Below are positions 29,479-37,730 of a stretch of 64,000 nt of DNA, in pieces (the first letter of the stretch is position 1; every line of letters begins with the position of its first letter). Source of the stretch: a virus; the IMG/VR virus record IMGVR_UViG_3300043425_000676, positions 1-64,000 of that record, one strand, 5' to 3'. A program made the position numbers and the translations under genes. Under the pieces are notes generated by a model. It did no database searches. It saw nothing but the letters and a program-made list of their open reading frames with translations, and was not told where the DNA came from.

Positions 29479-30066
29479 ATGTGTGTGGCGGTTTACGTTC
29501 GAGTTAGTACGGCTGAACAGAATCTTGCTGGTCAAAAGCGCGAGATTACCAAGTGGCTCACTGGAAACGGTATCAATCCAGATACGGTGATTTGGTACAT
29601 CGACAAGGAGAGCGGCGAAACGCTTGCGAGACCTCAACTTGAACAACTTCAGCGCGATATCTTCAATGGCGCAATCAAAACCGTGGTTGTCTACAAGCTC
29701 GATCGACTCTCGAGATCTCTACAGGATGGAGTAGACACCCTCTGTTCGTGGTGCAGGAAAGGTATTCGAGTGGTCTCAACTTCTCAACAGATCGATTTCA
29801 CTGGTACGATCGGTCAGCTTATCGCTGCGGTGCTGTTTGCTGTTGCCGAGATGGAAACCAACACACGAAGGGAGCGACAGGCAGCAGGTATCGCCGCAGC
29901 GAAGGAGAAAGGAATTTACCAAGGTAGGAAGAAGGGCGCTGTAAAAGCTGGCGTTGACATATCGAAGGCGCCCAAGCTGATTGAGAAAGGCTTATCCATC
30001 GATGAAGTAGCGAAAATCCTTGGAGTCAGCGGTAGAACCGTCTACAGGTATCTTAAGACTGCTTAA
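29479..30066 (+). CDS. Small serine recombinase (resolvase/invertase) with C-terminal HTH
   Basis: YVRVST catalytic Ser, RPQL, VYKLDRLSR, ERQAAGIAAAK..G...GRK, LGVSGRTVYRYL; SD AGGAGG. Confidence 0.95.
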   Translation: MCVAVYVRVSTAEQNLAGQKREITKWLTGNGINPDTVIWYIDKESGETLARPQLEQLQRDIFNGAIKTVVVYKLDRLSRSLQDGVDTLCSWCRKGIRVVSTSQQIDFTGTIGQLIAAVLFAVAEMETNTRRERQAAGIAAAKEKGIYQGRKKGAVKAGVDISKAPKLIEKGLSIDEVAKILGVSGRTVYRYLKTA

Positions 30067-30589
30067 CCAGACGCAAGCAAAACTACAACCAGAAAGCGTT
30101 TTGCAGGCAACTGCGAAACGCGACAGGTACAAGCGCACCCCAGGTTCATAAATAGTATGCAATCTCGCTACCTGCCGGAATCCAGGGGTTTTTTCCTGGA
30201 ACTGACCAATGGGCTTATTCGGAAAGGGTAAGAGGCGGGAGACCTGCATCTCCTTATCGCCGTTTGCCTAACCAGCGTCCACCCATCGCCAGCCTGCTGC
30301 ACCTGTTCGACCCTTGAGGTTAAGAGCATATCCACGCCGCAGGACGCTTCGCTTACTCAATCCCATGCACTTTGGCGGTCTTCCACAGATCGGGCAACTA
30401 GCTCAAACGATTGCAGGCACAAGCGCCGGATCCCCGGCATTACACTCATGCCATTTACGTGCTCTCCCCCAGGATGTGGTTTTGGGGGAGAGCTGTGCGG
30501 TAGGATTACGCACGAAAAGACGCCTTGCGGCGAAAGTTGAAATCGAACTGAAATCCTACCTGTGCCGAAACCACTCAGCACTTCCAATG

Positions 30590-31249
30590 TTACGCGCTCG
30601 GGTTGGTGTCGTCAACACCCTTTTCGGTTTCTTTGAACCCGTACCAATAGAGCTCGTCGTCGCTGTCAGCCACCCAGCGGCTCGCCGATGCTTCGCAACT
30701 GAACTCCTGGCTGAAAACCTTCCAGTCGGGGCGACCATTGAGCGTTTTGCTCGTAAACGCCCCTCCGTCGTTCCATCGCACGATACGGTTGTTGGGCTGG
30801 ATAAACACTCTCCCATTGGCGTTGATCACATGACCCGTCTTGTGCCCAGCGGCGATCTCGCTGTACCCTCCGTTGCACCAATCAAGGGTGAACATATAGG
30901 TTCCGTCGATGATCGATCGATCTTTCAGTAGCACCTTGCAGCTTCGATTCTTGATGTAATCGATCGTAAGAGCCGAGCAGTGGTAGCTGAAACTGTCCCA
31001 AAGCTGTAGAAAGTCTAAAGGGTAGTCTACACCACCCGTGGGCTCTGTGTGGATGTAATGGATCGGGATCCTGGCGTGTTGAGTCCCCCACTCGCTCATG
31101 CCGGTGAACAGTCCGCATCGATTCGGGATAGAGGTGTAGAGGAAAAACTCCATCGGGATCCGCTCATTTGCGGCACTCGGCTCCCTGTCGTAGAGGAATG
31201 CCGTGTCGAGGAACCCCCAAAAAAACGGAATGTTAGTGTTTAGATACAC
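30590..31249 (-). CDS. Conserved phage hypothetical protein
   Basis: 219 aa with LQLWDSFSY, YMFTLDW and QPNNR motifs that I associate with phage proteins of unknown function. Confidence 0.65.
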   Translation of the reverse strand: MYLNTNIPFFWGFLDTAFLYDREPSAANERIPMEFFLYTSIPNRCGLFTGMSEWGTQHARIPIHYIHTEPTGGVDYPLDFLQLWDSFSYHCSALTIDYIKNRSCKVLLKDRSIIDGTYMFTLDWCNGGYSEIAAGHKTGHVINANGRVFIQPNNRIVRWNDGGAFTSKTLNGRPDWKVFSQEFSCEASASRWVADSDDELYWYGFKETEKGVDDTNPSA

Positions 31250-31484
31250 CTTTTAAAGCCTCCCATTGCTCTTTTGTGATTTCTGTCAAGTTTGCGTAAT
31301 CAGCCTCGCCGTGCTTCGTCCTGAAACCTGTCAAAGTCCAAGACTCTGGCGAGTCACTTTCTTTCTTGTGGATGATACCGACTACCGGAAACTCACCCCT
31401 AGCTACGGTGGTGAAGATCGTCACCGGGAAAATGCAGTCGCCAAAATGCCCCTTTGTCGCGTAATGCTTGTCAGGTGCGATCAT
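31233..31484 (-). CDS. Hypothetical protein
   Basis: 83 aa ORF coupled to its neighbours. Confidence 0.55.
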   Translation of the reverse strand: MIAPDKHYATKGHFGDCIFPVTIFTTVARGEFPVVGIIHKKESDSPESWTLTGFRTKHGEADYANLTEITKEQWEALKGVSKH

Positions 31485-31996
31485 TTCGACCTGAAGATTG
31501 GTAGAGACATGGCGTATCTGTCAGCACTTTGCAATTTGTGATGCTGAAGGTGGTTGATCCGCACAGACCATCCCCACCAAGTCTTTGGCGTGTAGTTGCA
31601 GTGGCACGAGAAGTGGATGAACTCGTATGCAGACAGAAGCACAAGCACCGTGCAATGCGCTGTGTAAAGCCCTGGAGTGGTAAACGCAAACAACATCGAG
31701 TTTACGAAGTACATGCAGATGATCCACCAGTCTGGCAGTCCTGTGTCAGTGGTCGGGTGGTCGTGGTGCCTATCGTGCGTTTTGCGGAACGGAGTCCAAG
31801 ACCATTCGTGGAAAAACCACCTGTGCGCGATGTACTCGAGTGTCGGCCACGCCAAGACAATCGAGCCAGCAATCGCCAAGTCCCTCAGGCTAAGCGACCA
31901 CAAGGCGATCCTTAGCACAACAGCAAGCAAAGCAGAGAGTACGATTACTCCTCCCTTGCCGCTAATAAACGCAAAAACCAAACTTCGAAACGTCAT
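31481..31996 (-). CDS. Fatty-acid hydroxylase / sterol desaturase family membrane di-iron enzyme
   Basis: His boxes EYIAHRWFFH, HDRHH, YEFIHFSCH, HLQHH with TM segments; SD CAGGAG before ATG 31996. Confidence 0.85.
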   Translation of the reverse strand: MTFRSLVFAFISGKGGVIVLSALLAVVLRIALWSLSLRDLAIAGSIVLAWPTLEYIAHRWFFHEWSWTPFRKTHDRHHDHPTTDTGLPDWWIICMYFVNSMLFAFTTPGLYTAHCTVLVLLSAYEFIHFSCHCNYTPKTWWGWSVRINHLQHHKLQSADRYAMSLPIFRSK

Positions 31997-32018
31997 TGCA
32001 AACACTCCTGTTTTGAAT

Positions 32019-32134
32019 GGATCGGGCAGGATTTGAACCTGCTTGGGGGTGGTAATCCCGCTACCTCCGCGTTTTAACCGAAGGCCCACTGAATACTCGA
32101 TAACCCTGCTGCGTTTCCCACACGCCGCCGACCC
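32019..32134 (-). ncRNA. tRNA-like RNA with expanded core (family copy A)
   Basis: Acceptor GGGTCGG/CCGATCC, D-like arm GCGT-GTGGGAA-ACGC, T-arm GCAGG-TTCAAAT-CCTGC, long insert in place of the anticodon arm. Confidence 0.7.
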
Positions 32135-32282
32135 GATTGCCGTCTCTCCGGCTGTCACGTTGTTTATGCTTCGCAGTTTTCTGTTAACTTGCCTCTAGCA
32201 CTTAAGCCGTTGCAAGAACGATCCGAACTCCTCGGCCACCTGCTGGTAGTCACAACGTTTTCACCCGCTGTACAAATCAAAA

Positions 32283-32394
32283 GGATCGGGCAGGGTTTTC
32301 ACCTGCCTTGAGGACTGATATAGGGCTTTATCGCTTAGCAGCAGTCACTCTAACACGCCTCTTGTGTTTCGCGGTTGAGCCGCGCCGCCGATCC
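32283..32394 (-). ncRNA. tRNA-like RNA with expanded core (family copy B)
   Basis: Acceptor GGATCGG/CCGATCC, T-arm GCAGG-TGAAAAC-CCTGC, multi-hairpin insert. Confidence 0.65.
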
Positions 32395-32396
32395 AG

Positions 32397-32465
32397 TTGC
32401 GGGTCTAGGAATCGAACCTAGCACTCAGAGCTTATGGGGCTCTAATGGGCACCAGCCCACCCGCA
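32397..32465 (-). tRNA. tRNA with CAU anticodon (Met/Ile2-type) and shrunken D-arm
   Basis: TGCGGGT/ACCCGCA acceptor, GGGC-TGGT-GCCC mini D-arm, AGAGC-CCCATAA-GCTCT anticodon arm, CTAGG-TTCGATT-CCTAG T-arm; no CCA. Confidence 0.65.
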
Positions 32466-32473
32466 ATACCAAT

Positions 32474-32551
32474 TGCCTCTGGCGGGATTCCAACCCGCAA
32501 TACTGCGAATACACCAAACGCAGCGTGTTGGCTTGATTACACCACAGAGGC
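32474..32551 (-). tRNA. tRNA-like RNA with 11-nt anticodon loop
   Basis: GCCTCTG/CAGAGGC acceptor, GTGT..ACAC D-stem, CTGCG-TTTGGTGTATT-CGCAG, GCGGG-TTGGAAT-CCCGC. Confidence 0.6.
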
Positions 32552-32558
32552 TTGCTTG

Positions 32559-33065
32559 CTAACGGTAAATAACCGTCGCGTACCATCCGTTGCTTCCTCG
32601 AGCAACACCAATGTCCAACGCTTGGCGTTTACCCCAGAAGCAACATTTACTAATCGCATGATCTGCCGACACGGTTGAAAAGCCGACTCCCTCAGCGTTA
32701 CCGCCTCCGAATCCGCCGCCAACGTGACAACATCTGTTCATTGCTGCTTGCCGCTGTGCTTTAGACTGAGCCAGACCAGCCGAAACTACTCGCACCGGGG
32801 TTGTGGCGACACGAGCTACCGCGTAGACAACGTTGCCGGTCGTATCGACTGTTGCAGTAAGAATTTGTCCCGTTGCGTCGACGACACGTTCAACGACGGC
32901 TCCAGTCGTGCGTACCGCACTTTGAACAGTATTTCCGACCACTTGTCGAGCGACACCGCCTTGCCTGTGGCATTGTCCGTTTGCGCATTCTTGTCCATAA
33001 CTCGACCCCGACAGCAAAAAAACCACAAGCACCAACGCCACAGCTTTCAACTTAGAAAACTTCAT
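32559..33065 (-). CDS. Exported protein with CAP/SCP-like C-terminal segment
   Basis: Signal peptide MKFSKLKAVALVLVVFLL, CANGQC, AEGVG...CCFWG...GVARGSNGWYA. Confidence 0.6.
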   Translation of the reverse strand: MKFSKLKAVALVLVVFLLSGSSYGQECANGQCHRQGGVARQVVGNTVQSAVRTTGAVVERVVDATGQILTATVDTTGNVVYAVARVATTPVRVVSAGLAQSKAQRQAAMNRCCHVGGGFGGGNAEGVGFSTVSADHAISKCCFWGKRQALDIGVARGSNGWYATVIYR

Positions 33066-33158
33066 TTGACCATCCTCCATAAACTGGAAACTGAAACCAA
33101 CCTGAACTCTGACCATCGCATTGTACCGCATTGACCCTGCAACGCAATACGCTGGTGG

Positions 33159-33428
33159 CTACAGCGACTTTTCTTCGCTTGCGACATCTTCTATCCACCA
33201 GCGAAGATCACCAGGACTGAATGTCTCCCAATCCATCTCGTCCCATCCTTTTGTTTGTGCCTCGCACTCAGGGTGCATAGCTTCCGACACAATACCGGCA
33301 TCTTCGTCAACGCCGGTTCTTCGCAAGTAGGATGTTCCTTTAGGGATCTGTTTGCCGCATAAGTAGCAACTATGCGATCTTCGAGCCTTTTTGACGATCG
33401 TATCATCCAAATGCGTCCATGACATCAA
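33159..33428 (-). CDS. Small Zn-finger-like hypothetical protein
   Basis: KARRSHSCYLCG..I.KG..Y...HPEC. Confidence 0.6.
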   Translation of the reverse strand: MMSWTHLDDTIVKKARRSHSCYLCGKQIPKGTSYLRRTGVDEDAGIVSEAMHPECEAQTKGWDEMDWETFSPGDLRWWIEDVASEEKSL

Positions 33429-33952
33429 AGCACCTCGAAGCCCGTCTGAGTAACCTTTAGCATCTTTCCACTTGGCAATCCAACAACATCGCCAACGTTA
33501 CAGATGCGGAGTTTTTCCGACTCGCAACCAGCATTTTTTTCCGCCGTGTTGGGCTCGATGCGTCGGCGATACCAAGTGAAAGCCTGCTGTTGTTTTTCAT
33601 ACTCAGCAACCACGGAATGCGACCAGATATTTTTCACTGGATTAAAGTATTCATCCTCGCTTTTCAAATCTTCCGGTGGAAACTTCTCCAGCAGCCTGTA
33701 CCCTTCGCCTGGATCGGGCCTGTTGAGGAACCATTGTGGCGGATCGTAGACTTGGCAGAATTTCCATTGATTCGCGTTGTTGGATATCCAATGCAAACTG
33801 TTTTGGCATGTTGCATCATATCCACCTAAAAATCTACTGACGCTCCAAATCGACGTATCAACATCCCTAAACCTAGCCTCAACCTTCTCGCCCTCCATTA
33901 CTCGGGCAACATCCTCGGCGGTTGCATCCCGCCAAAACGCTTCGACCTTCAC
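33425..33952 (-). CDS. Two-domain hypothetical protein sharing domains with 49798-51030
   Basis: GTG start overlaps the upstream TGA; WRDATAEDVARVMEGEKVEARFRD...CQVYDP. Confidence 0.6.
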   Translation of the reverse strand: MKVEAFWRDATAEDVARVMEGEKVEARFRDVDTSIWSVSRFLGGYDATCQNSLHWISNNANQWKFCQVYDPPQWFLNRPDPGEGYRLLEKFPPEDLKSEDEYFNPVKNIWSHSVVAEYEKQQQAFTWYRRRIEPNTAEKNAGCESEKLRICNVGDVVGLPSGKMLKVTQTGFEVL

Positions 33953-34101
33953 TTTGCCGACTTTCGAGCTGGGTGATCCTTGTTCGTTAATTTGACTATC
34001 CATTTCCTGAGCTCCTTGTTTCTCTCCTGTAAAAGTTTGATCTTGGTTTTGAGCCAAAATATTTCATCTTCAAGTTTGCGTATTGTGTCTTTGTCGCTCA
34101 T
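33949..34101 (-). CDS. Small coiled-coil protein (50 aa)
   Basis: MSDKDTIRKLEDEIFWLKTKIKLLQERNKELRKW...; below the track cut-off. Confidence 0.5.
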   Translation of the reverse strand: MSDKDTIRKLEDEIFWLKTKIKLLQERNKELRKWIVKLTNKDHPARKSAK

Positions 34102-34125
34102 GATAAAACAATGCTTAAAGACAGT

Positions 34126-34293
34126 TTATTTTTTTCTTGTATATCGCTTTACGGCTTTTCCGATAATATCCATAGTTGATTGAAATGCAACTATGAAAAC
34201 CAAAAGCAACATAATTGCCAACGCTATGATTGTTGGCAGAAAAAACACAACAAGCGACATCCACGCGCCTGATGTTGTGTCTGGCTTATTCAT
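34126..34293 (-). CDS. Small membrane protein
   Basis: MNKPDTTSGAWMSLVVFFLPTIIALAIMLLLVFIVAF. Confidence 0.5.
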   Translation of the reverse strand: MNKPDTTSGAWMSLVVFFLPTIIALAIMLLLVFIVAFQSTMDIIGKAVKRYTRKK

Positions 34294-34543
34294 CGTAAAT
34301 CTCCAGTTCGAGTCCTTGACGACCGTTTGGAACGTAATCCATTGCAAGACATCCGTTGGGCAGTCGCACAACAACACCGTTCTCCTCTCGCACAACATAC
34401 AACTGTTCTTGCTGAAACGCTCTAAACCCTCCATCAAGCGCCATCCACGTTGTTGCGGCGTAATGAATACCACTTGGGAAATGCTCCATTGCTCCGTCGA
34501 GCGGTCCACCAAAAAACTCGAACGTTGCTAGGCTACCCATCAA
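34286..34543 (-). CDS. Hypothetical protein
   Basis: FFGGPLDG motif common in small phage proteins. Confidence 0.55.
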   Translation of the reverse strand: MMGSLATFEFFGGPLDGAMEHFPSGIHYAATTWMALDGGFRAFQQEQLYVVREENGVVVRLPNGCLAMDYVPNGRQGLELEIYDE

Positions 34544-34904
34544 GTTTTACGCCAAACGTGGTGCCATCGTCGAAAACCTTACGATCAAACGAATCCTCCC
34601 AGGATTGGATATGGTGGCCAAGCCTGCCATACGCTGCCGGTGGAAAGGTATTAGACCGATCATCTTTCCATGTCCACCACCTATCCCGATGAGGCGTGAA
34701 TTCCTCCGCATCAGCAAACGGTCGATACTTCGCCGGTTGCTCGATCTTGCGGATGATAGGCCACACAGCATACAAATCAGTATTCGCCTGAACCGCACGA
34801 CCATCACCGTCAATGTAATGCTCACCTTTTTTAGCACGCCAAAACCCCACCAACTCCCACCCATCGGGCACTCCTGGCACGCCGCGAAAACCTTGTTCAC
34901 TCAC
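34533..34904 (-). CDS. Hypothetical protein
   Basis: GTG start with SD AGGAGA; YRPFADAEEF motif. Confidence 0.55.
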   Translation of the reverse strand: MSEQGFRGVPGVPDGWELVGFWRAKKGEHYIDGDGRAVQANTDLYAVWPIIRKIEQPAKYRPFADAEEFTPHRDRWWTWKDDRSNTFPPAAYGRLGHHIQSWEDSFDRKVFDDGTTFGVKLDG

Positions 34905-34979
34905 TTGCAAGTCTCCTATTGCAAAACACAAAACAATCAACACGTTACTACTGTATCTCCATTGCCCCGTAAACGCAAG

Positions 34980-35522
34980 TTACAAATCAGGGGGTTTCCA
35001 TCCTTCTGCAAAAATTGGGTAGTCAACTTCCTTGACATTCCAGTTGCTCTGTTCGCACCAGTTTAAGAGCGAGGTGAACTTGTAGAGGTGCTGTCGAGCG
35101 TAGGCTGGTGTCGGCAAACTTGTGTCCCAATGCTTCGGATCCCAGACTTCAAAACCGAACGCCCATCCCATGAATGTGACTTCCGAGCCGTTTACCAGTA
35201 ATCGGACATGCGGAGATTCCATCAGTGGCGTTGAATACAAGATCAGCTTGTGGTGAGCCTTGGATATCGACTTCACCTCGATTGGGCCGACATCTGGAAC
35301 TTGGCAAACCTTCCTGCCCTTGTGCTCCGATGCTGGCTTGTGAGCTCGCCACGGGAACCCTGTGTACAAAGCCATTGCGCATTCAGCGATCGCTGCTTGA
35401 ACGTGCGAATGACCCGATGGAGACCGATCGCACGACAAGTAGTCGCCACGACCAGCACCACTGTCTGCTCGCATCTTGCCGATTTTAATCGCCAGTTGCA
35501 TTTGTTTGTCGGTGAGGATCAT
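34980..35522 (-). CDS. Putative PD-(D/E)XK nuclease-like protein
   Basis: IAECA...PDVGPIEVKS motif. Confidence 0.5.
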   Translation of the reverse strand: MILTDKQMQLAIKIGKMRADSGAGRGDYLSCDRSPSGHSHVQAAIAECAMALYTGFPWRAHKPASEHKGRKVCQVPDVGPIEVKSISKAHHKLILYSTPLMESPHVRLLVNGSEVTFMGWAFGFEVWDPKHWDTSLPTPAYARQHLYKFTSLLNWCEQSNWNVKEVDYPIFAEGWKPPDL

Positions 35523-35523
35523 T

Positions 35524-36210
35524 TCAGTCGACCTTTACCAGTCTGCAAGTGCCGTATTCTTCGCTTTCCCAAGTCTCCGCCTTCCAGCCGCTTATGCTTT
35601 TGTGTCTTGGATCCAAAGCCTCAAACCAGAACAGATCGCCGTCTGCGTGACGCTGCGTGATCAAACCTTTTGCGCCGTCGAAGAGGTTGTTGCATTTGAG
35701 CTCGACCTTATCGCCGACATTCAGTGTTACGCGAACGCCTCGCAGCTCTGGAGCTGTGTGCTCGATGTCTTTTTCACCGAACCAACCAAACTGACTTCCG
35801 CTATCGGAAGAAAAGTAGTATGGCACTTCCGGGTTTCGAAAATCAATTCGCGTTATCGTCCCTCTGTGCGAATACAGAAGCGAGTCGGCTTTGACAATTA
35901 TTACGCGGTCTTTAACCTTGTACAAACTTGCAGTTGTCAAGGATTGCTTGATAACTGGATTGCGAACGCCAGTCTCGATGTCGCAAGAGTCATGTGGGCA
36001 AGTTACACTTGTCGATTGCGCCAAATTGCAAACAAACCCTTGGCATTGGTTCGATACAGACTCATTGGCATCGAGCACTTCCGATTCGAGCCGAAACTCC
36101 TTGTTTGCAGCCCAAAACCTCTGCCCGTACACTTCGGTTATCAGTCTTGCCACTTCGTTGTCTAAAGCCGAAATAATTGCTTTTACCCAAACCTTATCGC
36201 CGACTTTCAT
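35524..36210 (-). CDS. Hypothetical protein with repeated KOW/SH3-like segments
   Basis: KVGDKVWV, KVKDRVII, NVGDKVEL. Confidence 0.55.
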   Translation of the reverse strand: MKVGDKVWVKAIISALDNEVARLITEVYGQRFWAANKEFRLESEVLDANESVSNQCQGFVCNLAQSTSVTCPHDSCDIETGVRNPVIKQSLTTASLYKVKDRVIIVKADSLLYSHRGTITRIDFRNPEVPYYFSSDSGSQFGWFGEKDIEHTAPELRGVRVTLNVGDKVELKCNNLFDGAKGLITQRHADGDLFWFEALDPRHKSISGWKAETWESEEYGTCRLVKVD

Positions 36211-36212
36211 TT

Positions 36213-36509
36213 CTACTTTTCCTTAACAAACACACCGTCTACCATCTTACCCTTGCGATCCTTGATCTGCTCCCACGCCACTTCGCGGCATTCGTCGATG
36301 TCTTGTCCAAGCTGAGCACACATCACAGCCAGTACCACCTGAATATCGCCAATCGCATCGCAGATCTCTGTGGTGTCGTTACGCAGCAAGCCATCGGACA
36401 ACTCCTGGACTTCCTCCAGAAGCTTCGACATTTGCAAGGTGGGGCTAGAACCAACCACCAAGTTCCGATCTTCCGCCCATTTCGTAACACGTTCTTTCCA
36501 ACTCAACAT
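36213..36509 (-). CDS. MazG-like nucleotide pyrophosphohydrolase
   Basis: KLLEEVQEL...DAIGDIQVVL...IKDRKGKMVDGVFVKE. Confidence 0.85.
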   Translation of the reverse strand: MLSWKERVTKWAEDRNLVVGSSPTLQMSKLLEEVQELSDGLLRNDTTEICDAIGDIQVVLAVMCAQLGQDIDECREVAWEQIKDRKGKMVDGVFVKEK

Positions 36510-36973
36510 TGAAAACCTCCAATCTGTTTCCGTCCACTTTCTAACACGCTCCCTAAACATGGCAGATCCCCTTGCGATGAATAACAGCCTTACGGAGTCT
36601 TTAGAATGCGATCTTGAAAATCAAAAGCCATCTTCAACAACTCTCGATTGCCGTTTTTTGCAGCGACAGCGATGACGCTTTGAGCGAAATCTAGTGCATC
36701 GGAAAACGCAATACGCTTCATGTCCGACTTCATTTTGCTGGCAAGACGATCAACTAGACCGCTGTCTATTTCCGACTCGTCAACAAACAACCTACCTCAG
36801 AAACGAACGGCAATTTCCAGTTCGCGAGCGCAACTCAACCGTTCTGGAGCGGTCAAATTTGATTCGCACTCAATGGTTAAGCACATGGGAAGAGTAGTCT
36901 TTGAAGCCATCTTTCCAGTCGTCGAAAAACTCAAATTGTCAATCGCATCAATAAAACTTTGACTGCTCATAGC

Positions 36974-37258
36974 TTAGCAGTCCTCGTAAAATGGGTTTGC
37001 GTTAATGTAGGCAAGCACTTTAGCAGCGTGCTCATCGCCTTCGTTGTCCGAAATCGTTTCGTCCTCGTAGACGTAGCTGCTTCGGTCGCCAAAGCATGAC
37101 TGAACAATAGTTGCCTTGCTGTGAGTGTCCTCTTGTCCATTCTTGCGAGTTTCTTCAATGTCGATCGACTCCTTGCCGAGAGTCCAATCCGTGATTGCGT
37201 ATTGAATTTCATCTACCTCGAACAAATAGACAGTGTGCGCTTGATATGCTTTACTCAT
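36974..37258 (-). CDS. Acidic hypothetical protein
   Basis: 94 aa ORF coupled to the upstream gene. Confidence 0.5.
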   Translation of the reverse strand: MSKAYQAHTVYLFEVDEIQYAITDWTLGKESIDIEETRKNGQEDTHSKATIVQSCFGDRSSYVYEDETISDNEGDEHAAKVLAYINANPFYEDC

Positions 37259-37617
37259 AGTCCCTCTCCTTCCTCGACTTCTCGATCAATTTGAATCAAC
37301 GCAAAACGAGCCTCTTGATTGCAACCGTCAGCATCTTCCTTGGTAGGCCAAGCAACCATTCCACCGTCTTCAAAGACGTTTACCCATCGTTCCACCTTGA
37401 TCTTCTTTTTTGGTGGAGGTGCTAGGTTTAGAGGACATCCAGTTGCCGAATACATTCGACGCCCGGTATCGTCCCAACCTGCGCACTCCCATTGCCCCAA
37501 AAATTTCATCCTCCCTGTATATCGGAACGCCTCCTGCCCCTCGTTGATCGCGTCGATAAACGCATCGTCGCCATTGGCCAGCTTTACCGGCCCTATCTGC
37601 CATTTGTGATTGCTCAT
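37255..37617 (-). CDS. Hypothetical protein
   Basis: ATG 37617 with SD CAGGAG. Confidence 0.55.
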   Translation of the reverse strand: MSNHKWQIGPVKLANGDDAFIDAINEGQEAFRYTGRMKFLGQWECAGWDDTGRRMYSATGCPLNLAPPPKKKIKVERWVNVFEDGGMVAWPTKEDADGCNQEARFALIQIDREVEEGEGL

Positions 37618-37632
37618 CGCAACTCTCCTGTG

Positions 37633-37730
37633 AAAAACCCGCAACGGTGCAAGGTTGGTAGCCGTTTGCCACAAGTGGCGAAAGATGCACCGCGCGGGAT
37701 TGTTCGTTTGCGTCAGGCTACCAACCAGAC
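37633..37730 (-). promoter_or_regulatory. Attenuator-like element: long terminator hairpin plus upstream 11-nt complement of its loop
   Basis: CCCGC-GCGGTGCA...TGCACCG-TT-GCGGG-TTTTT; loop GGCTACCAACC is complementary to upstream GGTTGGTAGCC. Confidence 0.5.

Noticed and set aside
30314-30931. 205 aa plus-strand ORF
   Set aside because: Overlaps a real minus-strand gene and the hairpin-rich tract; protein composition is not credible.
31997-32158. N-terminal extension of the hydroxylase ORF given in the track
   Set aside because: It runs through a tRNA-like element; the SD-supported start is ATG 31996.
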